From an uncultured virus (IMG/VR IMGVR_UViG_3300030390_001438) (lineage: Duplodnaviria; Heunggongvirae; Uroviricota; Caudoviricetes; Crassvirales): 64,000 nt of DNA. A model generated the notes under the pieces. It was not told where the DNA came from. It was given only the letters and a program-made list of their open reading frames with translations, and did no database searches. Position numbers and translations under genes: made by a program. This document shows positions 26,226 to 37,152 of this stretch, one piece after another. How positions within the stretch are numbered: the first letter of the stretch is position 1; each line of letters opens with the position of its first letter. The stretch lies in IMG/VR virus record IMGVR_UViG_3300030390_001438. One strand, 5' to 3'.

Positions 26226-26634
26226 TTTTTTTGTTTGGAGGTTTTATTATAGGTTTTACCCCCATTGGAGTCACTATACTTGGTCTTGACGGAACAATAG
26301 GTCTAACAATAGTTGGCGGCTTAATTGGTTTTGGCTTTACTAAATTAGGTTTATTGTAATTGTATCCTCGATTATAATTTGGAATAGGATATGAGTTATA
26401 GTTTCCATTAAACCAGTTTTGTCTATATTGATATCTAAATGGATCACGATCTATTAGTTCTATTATTCTTCTATCAAGTATTCTAAACTTAAAGTCTCTT
26501 ACTGGAACAGCAAGAGTGTCTCCAGCTTCTGTTATTGTTAATATACTTTTGATTCTATAATCTGTTGAAAGATCATACGTACTACCACAAGATGTAAGTA
26601 CTAACGTTAATGCAATAATTATTATTTTTTTCAT
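26218..26634 (-). CDS. Pro-rich lipoprotein
   Basis: MKKIIIIALTLVLTS-C lipobox; Pro/Lys-rich tail. Confidence 0.75.
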   Translation of the reverse strand: MKKIIIIALTLVLTSCGSTYDLSTDYRIKSILTITEAGDTLAVPVRDFKFRILDRRIIELIDRDPFRYQYRQNWFNGNYNSYPIPNYNRGYNYNKPNLVKPKPIKPPTIVRPIVPSRPSIVTPMGVKPIIKPPNKKND

Positions 26635-26637
26635 ATT

Positions 26638-29600
26638 TTAATTTAAACCTTTAGATAAGGGTTTGGATAACCTTCTTCTTTTTCTTTTAGTTGAATTTTT
26701 TTGTATAGGTTGTTTTTTTTGTAAAACTTTTCTTCTTCTTCCACCTGTTTTATCACCTCCAATAACTTTACGTCCTTCCATATAATCATCATAAGCATCT
26801 TGTTGTTTTTTTGTTAAGGGACGTTTACCAAACATATCTTTAAGAATAATTCTTCTTATATCTTTATAAAAAGGTAGTAAACCTAAATTACCTAACGCTT
26901 CAACAGCTAATCTTTCTTCTAATTCTTTTTCGTATTTAGCTATCGTTTCAGGCTTAGCAGTATCACTACTTAATCTCGATCCTACTACACCTGCTCTCAG
27001 CAATGTTTTAACAAGAGGCCCGTAAGGCCCAGCAAATATTTTTGCTCCTACTTTTAAAAGATCACCGCTCATTAAATCATCTTGATTTATTTGACTAAAC
27101 ACCATACTGTGTACAAACGGGTCATATTCACCCTTTCTAAAGTCATCCATAAGAGGCTCGTTTATACCATATTCAAGCATATAGTTTAAAGGTATTTTAG
27201 CAAAGTTACCAAGTGTACCTCCTGTAATAAGACTAAGAGATGATCCTACAAGTTGTCTTACAATCATATCTTCAAGGTCATCGTCTTCTCTTTTATCATC
27301 TTTTACATCAAACAATTCATCATCCATTAGACTTGTAAGCATTGAATACATAACCATATAAGAGGACATTCTAAATGTAACTCCTGCTAATAAACCTAAA
27401 GCTTCAGATTTACTTAAATCTCCTTTTTCATGTAAAGCATGAATTGCATGTCTTGCAGTACCATATTCAAATAAAGTAAATCTTTGCATATAAGAATTAG
27501 ACATTTTATATAATTCCATTAAGCCTGAATCAGTTACTTTTGGAGTGTTTTTAAGGATACCATCAAAGGGATTAGAAGAAGTAGCCATAACCACAACGCT
27601 ACCATCAGCTTTTTGTGTCGCTGTTTCTCTTGCTTCTTTAAAATCTACTCCTAAATATTCAGATGTTCCATCAGCAATCTTTTTAAAATCTTTAGCTGTT
27701 AATTTAATACCTGTAGTTTCAGCAAAAGAATCTGCAAAAGCTCCAAACCACATAGGTCTTGAAAGAACTTGATCTGGATATGACAAAACTTTATTGCCTA
27801 CTTGATTTACTGCAGCGTAAGTCTGTTTAACACCACTAAATCTCATAATAGTACCCATAACATTCGACATTTGACTAACTGCTTGCCCAGAAGATCTGCT
27901 TGGCTGTACAAAATCTGACATATCAGAGTACTTAGAAGTTAAAGCATCGGAATCTACTAACTTACTTGTAACTCCTGAATTTAAAGCTGTCAAAGCATCA
28001 AACATTGTTTCTGTGTTATAAGGGTTAGATGTAAACGTTCCAAATGATTTTATAGCCCTTGTAGCTTTAGCTGGGTTAGACATCATCATACCAAAGTTAC
28101 CTATTAATTCAGCAGCAGCTCTTGGAAGTGAGGCTAATGCTGACTGATAACCTATTCTCTTTACCTCTTGAAGAATTTTACCTCCAATGGTTGCATCTGA
28201 ATAAGATTGCATAAACACGTTTTCAACTACTTCATTTATAGATCGTGTCAAAGCGTTAGCAGCCATAACTGAAGCCCGAGTTGCATCAGGATTATTTTCT
28301 AAATCAGTTTTTATTTTATTTACTAAACCACCTACTTGCTGTAAGTCTTGTGTCATATAGTAATCCATGTTAATTTGTTGAACACCACGAATAGCAGAAT
28401 ACGAAGGATCAAAACTTATAGCTTTTGCGCCATCTGTTCTTTCAATTATAGTTTTAGACTTTGTAGTACCATCAACTGTTTTAACATATTCTTTTGACTT
28501 ATTTGCTACTTCTGTTTTAGCGTCTGTGTCAGTATTTATAACAGAGTGATGATTGTAATTATTAATTAAATCAACTTGATTACCATGCATTGTTGAAACA
28601 AACACAGCTTTTTGAGCTAATCCATTATTAACTTCATCATATAAAGCTAAAGCTTTCTTTTCTGCTGGAGTTAAAGATTTTTCTAACTTCTCTAAACTTA
28701 ATTGATCTCCATCTAAAAATTGTTCTTTTAATTCTGTAAGTAGTTTTCCATCTTTTTCTGAAAGTATACCTTTGTTTTTTATTGCTTTCAAGGTAGCATC
28801 TATAAAATCTACAGCAGAAGGAGTTTTTTTATTTGGTTTATTATTTTTAAAGTTAGATAAAAACTCTCTTTGTAACTGTAACATTCTAATTTTATACTTA
28901 GATTTTACAATTGCATTTTGAGATCTACCCATACGAGTTTTCTTTCTCACTTTATTAACTCCATCAAACTCTAATATTTTATCGGCAGCTTCTACTTTAG
29001 CTACTTCTTTTTTAGTTTCAGACTTGTAAGTTTCAAAAGCTTTACCAAGTCTACCAAATGTATTATTGTAAATAGTTTTACTATTAAAGTTTCCAAATAT
29101 ATCATCAACATTAAATAAAGGCCCAGACCTTACTCTTTCTAATATAAAAGATTTGTCAGTTCTCATTGACTTAATTTTTTGATAAGCACTTTTAACGTTA
29201 CGATATATGCCTTCTGTCTTGACTTTTGCAATTATTGGCTCTACTTTAATTTTTCTGTTATTAATATCTACTTTGTTAACCAGCTTCATTGCTGCTGCAG
29301 GAACATAACCATTTTGAATATTTTGTTTTACTTTCTTCAAAGTTTCGATAGCAGAATAATCCATAGTACCATCTTTCTTTTCCCTTCCTAAAGCTTCAAT
29401 TTCTTTGTCATTAAGTTTAGAAAGAGTCCTTGCTATTTCTCTTGCTCTTGGATCGCTTATTTCTGAAAGTTGTTCGTTAGATATTTTAACCGAGTTAACA
29501 CCAGCCACTCCTTCTTTGACATTGTAGTCATCTGGCGTTGGTTCTTTATCAATAGATAAGTTTTCATCTACATCAACCTCAGCTTCTACAGCGTTAATGA

Positions 29601-32600
29601 TATCTAAGGCTTGTTGCATTGTCTCAGACTTTTGTTTTAAATCCAAAACTGCACGTGTTGATCCAAACTCTTCCAATAATTGAAGATAAGAATCCAGTTG
29701 TGCATCTGGTATTATTGATGGATTAAAACCAAGTACTTCGTTTAAAGCTACTTTTAAATCATTTGAAACAGGCCCTATTTTGCTTTTAATGTTTTTCTTA
29801 GCCTTAGTTTTTAATTTTTTAGCTCTTGCAATTTTAGCCACAAAGTCAGCGTCAGTCATAACTTTATCTACAAAAGCCAAATAACTGTCTACTGATTCTT
29901 TAACAAAAGGTTTTACATTTGCTAATCTTTCTGTTAATGTAGAAGTTTGAGTAGGAGAAAGTTTACCGCCTTTTTTCAAAGACTTTATTTCAGCAGCAAT
30001 ATTTTTCAAGAAATTTTGATAAGATTTTACTGCTTTCTTTGCAGCTTTAGCTTGCATTATAATTTGATCTTTAAGTGCTGTCCTTTCATTTACAACTACT
30101 CTTTTTTGAGGTACAGTTTTATTTTGACCTTCGTTTATAGTGCCTAACATTCTATTATTCTGCTCAGCAAGTTTAAAACCTTTATTTATTGACGCTCTTG
30201 ATGGTGCTTGAATACCAAGGTCTTCACTTACTTCACGAACTAAAGCATCATATTCTACTTGATTTAGTTGTTCGGCTAATTTAGTACCTCCTAAATACTC
30301 AGTCACTTGCTTAACTATAAAAGCAGGGTTAATAGATTTAGGTCTACGTCCAAGGATTTTTTTCTTAATATCTTGAGCTATATTTTTAACACGCTGAGGG
30401 TCAGCTGTTACTCGTTGTTCAGGTTGTAAGAACTCGTCAACTGAAACATTTTCTTCAGCCGCAACTTCTTTTATAGTATTCATTACATTATTAAATGATT
30501 CACTACCTTCCTGTTTTTCTTCTATTAATTTACTTCTAACATCTTTTAGTTTTACAGGATCTTTTGATTCAATTGCATCTTTTACTTCCGTTTCGGTCTG
30601 CGACTGCGGGTTGGTGCTGCTTTCGACTTCAGTCGATTCGGTAGAGACGTTGGTAGTGGTGTCTCCTTCTCCCACTGTTTTGCTATCTTGGGTAGATTCT
30701 TGTGCATCCACCTGCGTTGCGCTTGACTCTTGAATGGCATCTTTTTTAGTTTTAAGTTTTTGTTTTCTTCTTGCTACAGCTTTAGGATTTGCTATATTTT
30801 CAAATCCTTCTATTATTTCTGTTTTAACAATATCACTACCTTCTTGAGCGACAATATTTTCAATAAATTTTTCATTAGTTATATCGTTATTTTTTCCAAC
30901 TCTTTCAGTATTATATACCTGCCCGTCTTTGTCTTTTAATTGTATTATTCTACTACCATCTTTCGCGGTTGTAACGGTAACAATATTTTTATCTCCATTA
31001 TCATCAACTGTTTCGTAAGTTTCTTTTTTTACAGGATCAGTATTTTGAGTAGCAAGCTCGCTTGCTTTTAGGTCAGCGGCTGCATCTTTTTTAGATTGTT
31101 CAAATAATTCTTTTTGTTTGGCTTCTATTTGTTCAACTGAAGCATCAGTAACACCTTCGTTTTCTAAAGCTTCAATTGCAAAATCTCTGGTAATAGAAAC
31201 TGTGTTAGTTGTAGTACTACCTTTTCCATCTGCAACTTCTACCGACCCAGCTATTACACCCTCATACCTCTGTAAAATTTGATCAATTTGAGCATCTATA
31301 TCTGCTTTTCTTTTTTTATTTACTTTCATTTTAGGGTCTTGCATATTAGCAGACTCTTGTTCTAAAGCAATTAATTTAGCTCGATCCTCGCCTTGTATGT
31401 AATTAGGAATATCTAAATCAAATTGTGAAGCTTGTTTTCTTAATGTAATTTTATTAGAAAGTTCTGGGTCATTTTTAATTTCAAACTGAGCAGTTCTAAT
31501 TTCTTCATCAGTCATCGTGTCAACCATAGCTTCTATATCAGCTTTACTTTGATATGTAACATCTCCACCTTTACTTATAGTTCCATACTTTGCTGGTTTA
31601 AATACATTACGAGCAACATCTGTAAGTGAAGTTCCTGTCACAGCTGTAGGTACACTTAATACAGAACTTGCTTGTCCTGTTATACCTTCAAAACCTATTT
31701 CAGCCACATCAAATTCTTGACCCCCTGTTCCAAGATTAACAAAATCTAAATTAGTAGCTGCTCTTGCAGCGGCTTCTCCACCTGACCCACCTAAAGCTTC
31801 TATACCAGCAGCTTTTAAACCTGCTCTTGTTGCCATTTTTGTAGATACTTGTTTTCCTGCTGCTTTTGCTGCTTTAACTGATGCTCCACCTAATTTTCCT
31901 GCAACCCCACGTGTTAAGCCATCAATTGTTCCAATAACTAAACCTCTTGCTGCAGACTTATTTCTAATACCTTGAAGTGCTTCAGGATCTTCTAACACTG
32001 CTCGTATGCCATCATCGTCAAACTCTAATCCTTTTTTCTCAACAGCTTCTTTTAAAAACTCTGTAAACGATAAACCTGTTTCAAGCGTAGCTCCTGCCCC
32101 CATAAGTGTTCCTGTTATAGCTCCACCTGCCGCTGTAAAAGCTGCTAAAGGCCCTCCAATAGATCCTGCAGCTGCACCTACTCCTGCTCCTACTCCTGCT
32201 CCAGTTGCTGCTCCTGCTGCGACAGCAGGGTTTACCATAGAAGCAATTGATGAAATCAAAAGTTGATTAACTACAGTAGGATTAAATGCTACACCTTTTA
32301 TAAAACCAAGTATACCACCACCACTATCTTCATAAATTTTATTGAAGGAACGCATTTCATCAGTCATACCAACGTTATCCATGCTTTCAACAACTCTCAT
32401 GTATTCTTTTAAATCTTCTTCTGAAATTGATGCGCCACGTGCATATAAGTTTAATGCATCGTCTATTGTTGCGCCCTGGCCTACACCTTGCTTTCCAGCT
32501 CTCCACATGTCACCAAAGAAATCTGTAACTGTGTTTTTACCCACCATTTCTTCAAGCCAAGTATTCTTTTCACCTACTTGAGTGTTAGCTCCGTAACGAG

Positions 32601-32964
32601 TTCCTACAGGATTTTCAGGTATAAAAACAGGTTCTTCTGTTAAATTTTGTACATTAAGTCCGTCACTTAATGATCCTGCCAACGGAGAAGATAATCCCGA
32701 TGAAGATTGATCTTCTGGAATTGTTTGCTCTTGCATAGTCGTATCCAATCCCATATCTTGGGTAGGAGAAACTTGCGGAGAATCTTTTTTTTTTAATGGC
32801 TCAATATATTGATTAAACTCTTCTTCGTCTTCAAATGTTCCTGGCGTAAATAAATCAAATAATTCATCAGTCCCATCTTCTTCAATAAAAGTTTGAAATT
32901 CTTCAATATCTACAAATGTCCCTTCGGGCATTAATCCAAATAATTCTTGTATTAATTCGTCCAT
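26638..32964 (-). CDS. Large internal virion (ejection) protein
   Basis: 2108 aa helical; A/G-rich hydrophobic tract; last gene of small-medium-large trio. Confidence 0.6.
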   Translation of the reverse strand: MDELIQELFGLMPEGTFVDIEEFQTFIEEDGTDELFDLFTPGTFEDEEEFNQYIEPLKKKDSPQVSPTQDMGLDTTMQEQTIPEDQSSSGLSSPLAGSLSDGLNVQNLTEEPVFIPENPVGTRYGANTQVGEKNTWLEEMVGKNTVTDFFGDMWRAGKQGVGQGATIDDALNLYARGASISEEDLKEYMRVVESMDNVGMTDEMRSFNKIYEDSGGGILGFIKGVAFNPTVVNQLLISSIASMVNPAVAAGAATGAGVGAGVGAAAGSIGGPLAAFTAAGGAITGTLMGAGATLETGLSFTEFLKEAVEKKGLEFDDDGIRAVLEDPEALQGIRNKSAARGLVIGTIDGLTRGVAGKLGGASVKAAKAAGKQVSTKMATRAGLKAAGIEALGGSGGEAAARAATNLDFVNLGTGGQEFDVAEIGFEGITGQASSVLSVPTAVTGTSLTDVARNVFKPAKYGTISKGGDVTYQSKADIEAMVDTMTDEEIRTAQFEIKNDPELSNKITLRKQASQFDLDIPNYIQGEDRAKLIALEQESANMQDPKMKVNKKRKADIDAQIDQILQRYEGVIAGSVEVADGKGSTTTNTVSITRDFAIEALENEGVTDASVEQIEAKQKELFEQSKKDAAADLKASELATQNTDPVKKETYETVDDNGDKNIVTVTTAKDGSRIIQLKDKDGQVYNTERVGKNNDITNEKFIENIVAQEGSDIVKTEIIEGFENIANPKAVARRKQKLKTKKDAIQESSATQVDAQESTQDSKTVGEGDTTTNVSTESTEVESSTNPQSQTETEVKDAIESKDPVKLKDVRSKLIEEKQEGSESFNNVMNTIKEVAAEENVSVDEFLQPEQRVTADPQRVKNIAQDIKKKILGRRPKSINPAFIVKQVTEYLGGTKLAEQLNQVEYDALVREVSEDLGIQAPSRASINKGFKLAEQNNRMLGTINEGQNKTVPQKRVVVNERTALKDQIIMQAKAAKKAVKSYQNFLKNIAAEIKSLKKGGKLSPTQTSTLTERLANVKPFVKESVDSYLAFVDKVMTDADFVAKIARAKKLKTKAKKNIKSKIGPVSNDLKVALNEVLGFNPSIIPDAQLDSYLQLLEEFGSTRAVLDLKQKSETMQQALDIINAVEAEVDVDENLSIDKEPTPDDYNVKEGVAGVNSVKISNEQLSEISDPRAREIARTLSKLNDKEIEALGREKKDGTMDYSAIETLKKVKQNIQNGYVPAAAMKLVNKVDINNRKIKVEPIIAKVKTEGIYRNVKSAYQKIKSMRTDKSFILERVRSGPLFNVDDIFGNFNSKTIYNNTFGRLGKAFETYKSETKKEVAKVEAADKILEFDGVNKVRKKTRMGRSQNAIVKSKYKIRMLQLQREFLSNFKNNKPNKKTPSAVDFIDATLKAIKNKGILSEKDGKLLTELKEQFLDGDQLSLEKLEKSLTPAEKKALALYDEVNNGLAQKAVFVSTMHGNQVDLINNYNHHSVINTDTDAKTEVANKSKEYVKTVDGTTKSKTIIERTDGAKAISFDPSYSAIRGVQQINMDYYMTQDLQQVGGLVNKIKTDLENNPDATRASVMAANALTRSINEVVENVFMQSYSDATIGGKILQEVKRIGYQSALASLPRAAAELIGNFGMMMSNPAKATRAIKSFGTFTSNPYNTETMFDALTALNSGVTSKLVDSDALTSKYSDMSDFVQPSRSSGQAVSQMSNVMGTIMRFSGVKQTYAAVNQVGNKVLSYPDQVLSRPMWFGAFADSFAETTGIKLTAKDFKKIADGTSEYLGVDFKEARETATQKADGSVVVMATSSNPFDGILKNTPKVTDSGLMELYKMSNSYMQRFTLFEYGTARHAIHALHEKGDLSKSEALGLLAGVTFRMSSYMVMYSMLTSLMDDELFDVKDDKREDDDLEDMIVRQLVGSSLSLITGGTLGNFAKIPLNYMLEYGINEPLMDDFRKGEYDPFVHSMVFSQINQDDLMSGDLLKVGAKIFAGPYGPLVKTLLRAGVVGSRLSSDTAKPETIAKYEKELEERLAVEALGNLGLLPFYKDIRRIILKDMFGKRPLTKKQQDAYDDYMEGRKVIGGDKTGGRRRKVLQKKQPIQKNSTKRKRRRLSKPLSKGLN

Positions 32965-32973
32965 TATTTATTA

Positions 32974-35151
32974 TTATTGAGCGTTATAAGCTGCTTTTAT
33001 ATCAGGAATTGATGCGCCAGGATTATTAGCTAAATAGTCCTTTTTAAAAGCTGGATAACTCATTTTAATTTTATTTGAAACTTTACCTCTGTTTTCGTAA
33101 GCTTTTTTGTTTAAATCATTTAAAGCTCTTTGAATCTGTTGTCCATACGTACGAGTCTCTACACCGTTTGGCATATCACCTTTGCCCAGAATTACTATTT
33201 CTTCTTCTACTCCATTTAGTTTAAACTTAATAACAGACTGTCTATTTCTACCATCTCCACTAACCACTGTTCTTACTTCAGTTATACCAGCTCGTGTTCT
33301 TGCATTTGAGGCTGCTTCTGTAGTAAAGTCTTCAATAAACTTATTTGAAATATCAGCTACATCTCCATCAGGATCAATCGCACCGCCATCAATTTGGCTT
33401 CCTAATTCTGACTCTCCTACCCCATCTTCTTTTGTCCAGAAGCTTCTTGAGGTTTGATCACCAGTAGGTGTAGCTACTGCAGTTTCATCTCCAAGTACTT
33501 CAGGTTTTTGTATATCCTGAGTATAGCCTACGTTTCTATTTTCCCCTCTTTGTCCGATATTTATTTTTTCTCTTGTAATAAATCCATCTATTTCAGAAGG
33601 TGATAAAGCTAACTCTCCTCCTTCAGCTTGCGCACCAGGAACAAGTATTTGATATAGCGCACCAATGTCTTCATTTATTGATGTTTCACTTGTGACATTG
33701 TCCATATCATTCTCATCTCTAACTCTTCGTTTTATTACAGTTGGCTCTCCTGATTCATATGTAATAATAATTGCATCATCATTAATATCAATGTCATTTA
33801 TTCTTGGTCTACCACCTGCCGCAACTCCACCTCTTTGTTCATTAATATTAGTAACTAATGTTCTCATTGTGGCTTCAGAAGAAGCAATATCAGGATTAGT
33901 TAAAACTTTATTTATATCTCTAATATAAGCAGATGTTTTTCTGTTTCTTTCAGTATTTGCATTCTCAGTTGGTGATGGTGGTCTTGCTTCTCTACCAGCC
34001 ATTTCTTGAGTTTGTTTTATTTTCAAATCAATACGACTTTCAATAGCACGTTTAGATATGTTTCGAGCCTCCTGCATTTGTTGTGGTGTAAGCGCAACTT
34101 CTGGTCTACCATTTACATTTTTATATATAACATACTTTCGTATACCTTTTTTTCTTGCTTCAGCTTCAGACTGTACCATTTTATATCCTGCACCTGTTAA
34201 AACCTGCACAGCATTCATTGAACTTAAATCAGTTTTGTCACCTGTTATAGAGTCAATTTGATCACTCATAAATTCATCATAAGTCATTTCACTACCATCA
34301 TCATTCGTTAAGTCCATATACCCTTTTCCATCAGGGGTTTCTGCATCAAATAAATTTCTAAAATCTTGAATAGAAGTTACTTGACCACCACCACTATAAA
34401 GATTGTATTCTTGTGATGAAGATAAAATTACATCTGCTAAATTTTCAGTAATACCATCAGCCAATGCATTTGTATTTCTACGATCTAATTTAAAATCAGT
34501 AGCTACATTTAAGTAAGCTGTGTTTTGATAAGCTTCTGGATTTGTTTCTGGGTCTGGCATAACTAAATTTCCAGTTCCATCATCTTCCATTGTAACTAAA
34601 ACCAGTTCTCCGTTTACTGGATTAGTAATTAATCTTTTATTTCTTAAATCACCAAAACCAAACGTCCCTTCATTCCATGTCATTTCCATATCTGAAGCAA
34701 TAGCTTCTCCAGATTCACCCAGCTCTAATCTTTTCATAGCTTCTTGATACTTAGCATCAGCTCCTTCAGCGTATAGGCTTAAATTTTTATATCCATCTAA
34801 TTGACTTTGCATAATTAATTGATAATCTTTAGGATCAAGACCACCATTACGAAGCAATTCCATATTAGCCATTAAAGTTTTTTTTGAATAATCTGAACCA
34901 TTAATTAAAAGTTTACCTAATGATTGATTATCAACATCAGCAATTTGAGCTAAATCATTTAACGCTTTAGTAGTTGCGTCTGTAATAGCTTGCTTTTTAG
35001 CCTCTCTACCATCACGAATAGCATTTGCGCCTGTAGTTAAATCTTTGGCTATTTGACCCCAGTTTACTTGCGTAGCTTGAGTGTCTCTATTTACATATAC
35101 GGAATACTGATTCGCAGCTGTTGCTTTGTCGTTGTTTTCTCTTTCTGCCAT
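32974..35151 (-). CDS. Internal virion (ejection) protein
   Basis: Probable start MAEREN; synteny. Confidence 0.55.
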   Translation of the reverse strand: MAERENNDKATAANQYSVYVNRDTQATQVNWGQIAKDLTTGANAIRDGREAKKQAITDATTKALNDLAQIADVDNQSLGKLLINGSDYSKKTLMANMELLRNGGLDPKDYQLIMQSQLDGYKNLSLYAEGADAKYQEAMKRLELGESGEAIASDMEMTWNEGTFGFGDLRNKRLITNPVNGELVLVTMEDDGTGNLVMPDPETNPEAYQNTAYLNVATDFKLDRRNTNALADGITENLADVILSSSQEYNLYSGGGQVTSIQDFRNLFDAETPDGKGYMDLTNDDGSEMTYDEFMSDQIDSITGDKTDLSSMNAVQVLTGAGYKMVQSEAEARKKGIRKYVIYKNVNGRPEVALTPQQMQEARNISKRAIESRIDLKIKQTQEMAGREARPPSPTENANTERNRKTSAYIRDINKVLTNPDIASSEATMRTLVTNINEQRGGVAAGGRPRINDIDINDDAIIITYESGEPTVIKRRVRDENDMDNVTSETSINEDIGALYQILVPGAQAEGGELALSPSEIDGFITREKINIGQRGENRNVGYTQDIQKPEVLGDETAVATPTGDQTSRSFWTKEDGVGESELGSQIDGGAIDPDGDVADISNKFIEDFTTEAASNARTRAGITEVRTVVSGDGRNRQSVIKFKLNGVEEEIVILGKGDMPNGVETRTYGQQIQRALNDLNKKAYENRGKVSNKIKMSYPAFKKDYLANNPGASIPDIKAAYNAQ

Positions 35152-35152
35152 A

Positions 35153-35923
35153 TTAATTGGTTGACTTAGGTGGTACATACATACCTTTAAATAGGCTGTA
35201 GTCAAAAGTTTGGTTGTCTTTTAAAAACCCTCTTGTTTGTTTTCCTGAAAAATTTTGTTTTCTTAGCATATTTTGTATCTGAGCTTTTGATAACGCTCCA
35301 CCTGCCGCTACTTCTATAGCGTCCATATCTAACCCATCAGATAATGTTTCGGCTCTTTTTTGACCGCCATTTTTACCATATAAATCTGTGACAGATGCTA
35401 AGCTACTTGCAGCAGTTTGAATACCTGATATACCACTACTAATTGCAGCAACTCTTTGTTGATCAGCATCTCTTGCCATTGCAGCTTGATCTGCCGCTTG
35501 ACCAATGTCCATCAATTTTAAATCTTGGTTTATGTTATCTTTAGCTTCAGCTTTCATTTTTCTATTATCATACATAGCTTCTCCTAAACCAATACGGGTC
35601 TGTTCGTTAGCCGCTGCTCCTGCTGCGGTTAAAGCACCAACTCCACCTTGTAAGTTTCTTTGATCACCTTCTTGTAAAGCTTGAATGGTTTGTTGTTGAT
35701 TAGCTGTGTTTTGTCTAAATTGTTCACCATAAGCATCTAATGGCACGTTAAGACCTTCAAAATAGTTTTTTTCTGCTTTTGCTCTTGCGTCAGCTTGAAG
35801 CTTTTTTTGTTCCTTTATTGCGTTTGATGAGGCTCTTGATGCTGATGCGGCTTGACTGAAAGACATGCCTGCACTTGCTAAACCTGATCCGATACCTACT
35901 ACTGCTGCTGTTGTTACTGCCAT
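35153..35923 (-). CDS. Small internal virion protein (T7 gp14-like position)
   Basis: Hydrophobic A/G N-terminus, A/Q-rich. Confidence 0.55.
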   Translation of the reverse strand: MAVTTAAVVGIGSGLASAGMSFSQAASASRASSNAIKEQKKLQADARAKAEKNYFEGLNVPLDAYGEQFRQNTANQQQTIQALQEGDQRNLQGGVGALTAAGAAANEQTRIGLGEAMYDNRKMKAEAKDNINQDLKLMDIGQAADQAAMARDADQQRVAAISSGISGIQTAASSLASVTDLYGKNGGQKRAETLSDGLDMDAIEVAAGGALSKAQIQNMLRKQNFSGKQTRGFLKDNQTFDYSLFKGMYVPPKSTN

Positions 35924-35924
35924 A

Positions 35925-36335
35925 TTATAATACTTTAATCATTTCACTCGTATAACTTGCACCTTCTACATAACCTATTTTTTTATAAGTATTAATTAAA
36001 GGTTTGTTTTTTATTAATGCATACGAATACTTATATCCTTTTGTTTTAGCAATTTTAGTTATATGTTCTATTAATAATTCAATTGCTTCTTTCCTTTTTT
36101 GTCTGTCTTTGTAGTGTATATTAGATATGATCCAATCACACCAAACAGATTTAGAATTTGTTTCATACATAAAACCCGCACATATAGGAGTATCTTTTTC
36201 ATATACAATATATCCTCCTACACCATTTTCTGGCAAAAAGTCTCTATGAGGTGGTGTCCACCTCCAGTCTTTCCACCACTGACATAATATATTATCATAG
36301 TCAGAAAATTGTAAAGGCTTTACATTTAATTTCAT
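35925..36335 (-). CDS. GNAT-fold acetyltransferase-like protein
   Basis: PICAGFMY, WIISN, LI.TYKKIGY; own promoter TATCTTTG at 36342-36349. Confidence 0.6.
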   Translation of the reverse strand: MKLNVKPLQFSDYDNILCQWWKDWRWTPPHRDFLPENGVGGYIVYEKDTPICAGFMYETNSKSVWCDWIISNIHYKDRQKRKEAIELLIEHITKIAKTKGYKYSYALIKNKPLINTYKKIGYVEGASYTSEMIKVL

Positions 36336-36357
36336 TTAAAGCAAAGATACTAAATTT

Positions 36358-37143
36358 CTATGGAAAACTTTTCATCATGTTACTTCCAACAGCAAACAGC
36401 TCTACTTCGGTAGTATCATCATTAGTTAAAGTAAATTCCATATAGTAGCCACGCATGCCATAACTCTCAGCTATAGTGTTATTAGCAAATAATAAAAAGT
36501 TATTTGCAACAGGAGCTGTTGCTCCTGCTATTGTGGTATCTAAAGTTACAGTTCCACTACTTCCTAATTTAGTTACTGCTGTAACTTGTCCTGCAAGAAC
36601 AGGAGTTTGCCCATCTACTAAAGTAAAAGCATTTGCACCATTAGTAATAAGGTTTCCTATATTATTATTAAAAGAACAAACTAACGCATTAGCACTTCCA
36701 GCTACTGTCGCTATAGTTCCTAAACCATTAGTATATCTTAAAGCGAAATTTGTAACACCTGTGTTATGTCTTACATAGGCAAACCATTCTCCTTCTTTTT
36801 GTTCAAAGTTTATTTCAGCTATATTTCCCTGACTTAAATCTGTAAGTAAAGATGTGCAATTCCAAGCCGCGTTACTTTCAAAAGAAAGTGTTTTAAATAA
36901 TTTAATAGTCATTGATGGTTCTGGATTAAACACACTGGTTATTTGTGAGCTACCTTGAATACCATAATAGTTATTACGTAATGGAGAAGTATTGTGTCTG
37001 AATAAATTTCCGTTTTGAAATGTGTATAAAAATCCATTCATCCCTTTTATATACTCAGGAAAGAATGTATAAAATGATGGCCAACCTTCAGAACCTCCGC
37101 TGTATGTTAATGTAAATTGATCATTTTGTGATGGTATAGGCAT
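36358..37143 (-). CDS. Tail/structural protein
   Basis: Beta-rich; in tail module. Confidence 0.6.
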   Translation of the reverse strand: MPIPSQNDQFTLTYSGGSEGWPSFYTFFPEYIKGMNGFLYTFQNGNLFRHNTSPLRNNYYGIQGSSQITSVFNPEPSMTIKLFKTLSFESNAAWNCTSLLTDLSQGNIAEINFEQKEGEWFAYVRHNTGVTNFALRYTNGLGTIATVAGSANALVCSFNNNIGNLITNGANAFTLVDGQTPVLAGQVTAVTKLGSSGTVTLDTTIAGATAPVANNFLLFANNTIAESYGMRGYYMEFTLTNDDTTEVELFAVGSNMMKSFP

Positions 37144-37152
37144 AATTTTTTT

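Noticed and set aside
26638..32964. crAss-type virion RNA polymerase in the 2108-aa protein
   Set aside because: No convincing catalytic DxDxD context by eye; an HMM or structure search would be decisive.
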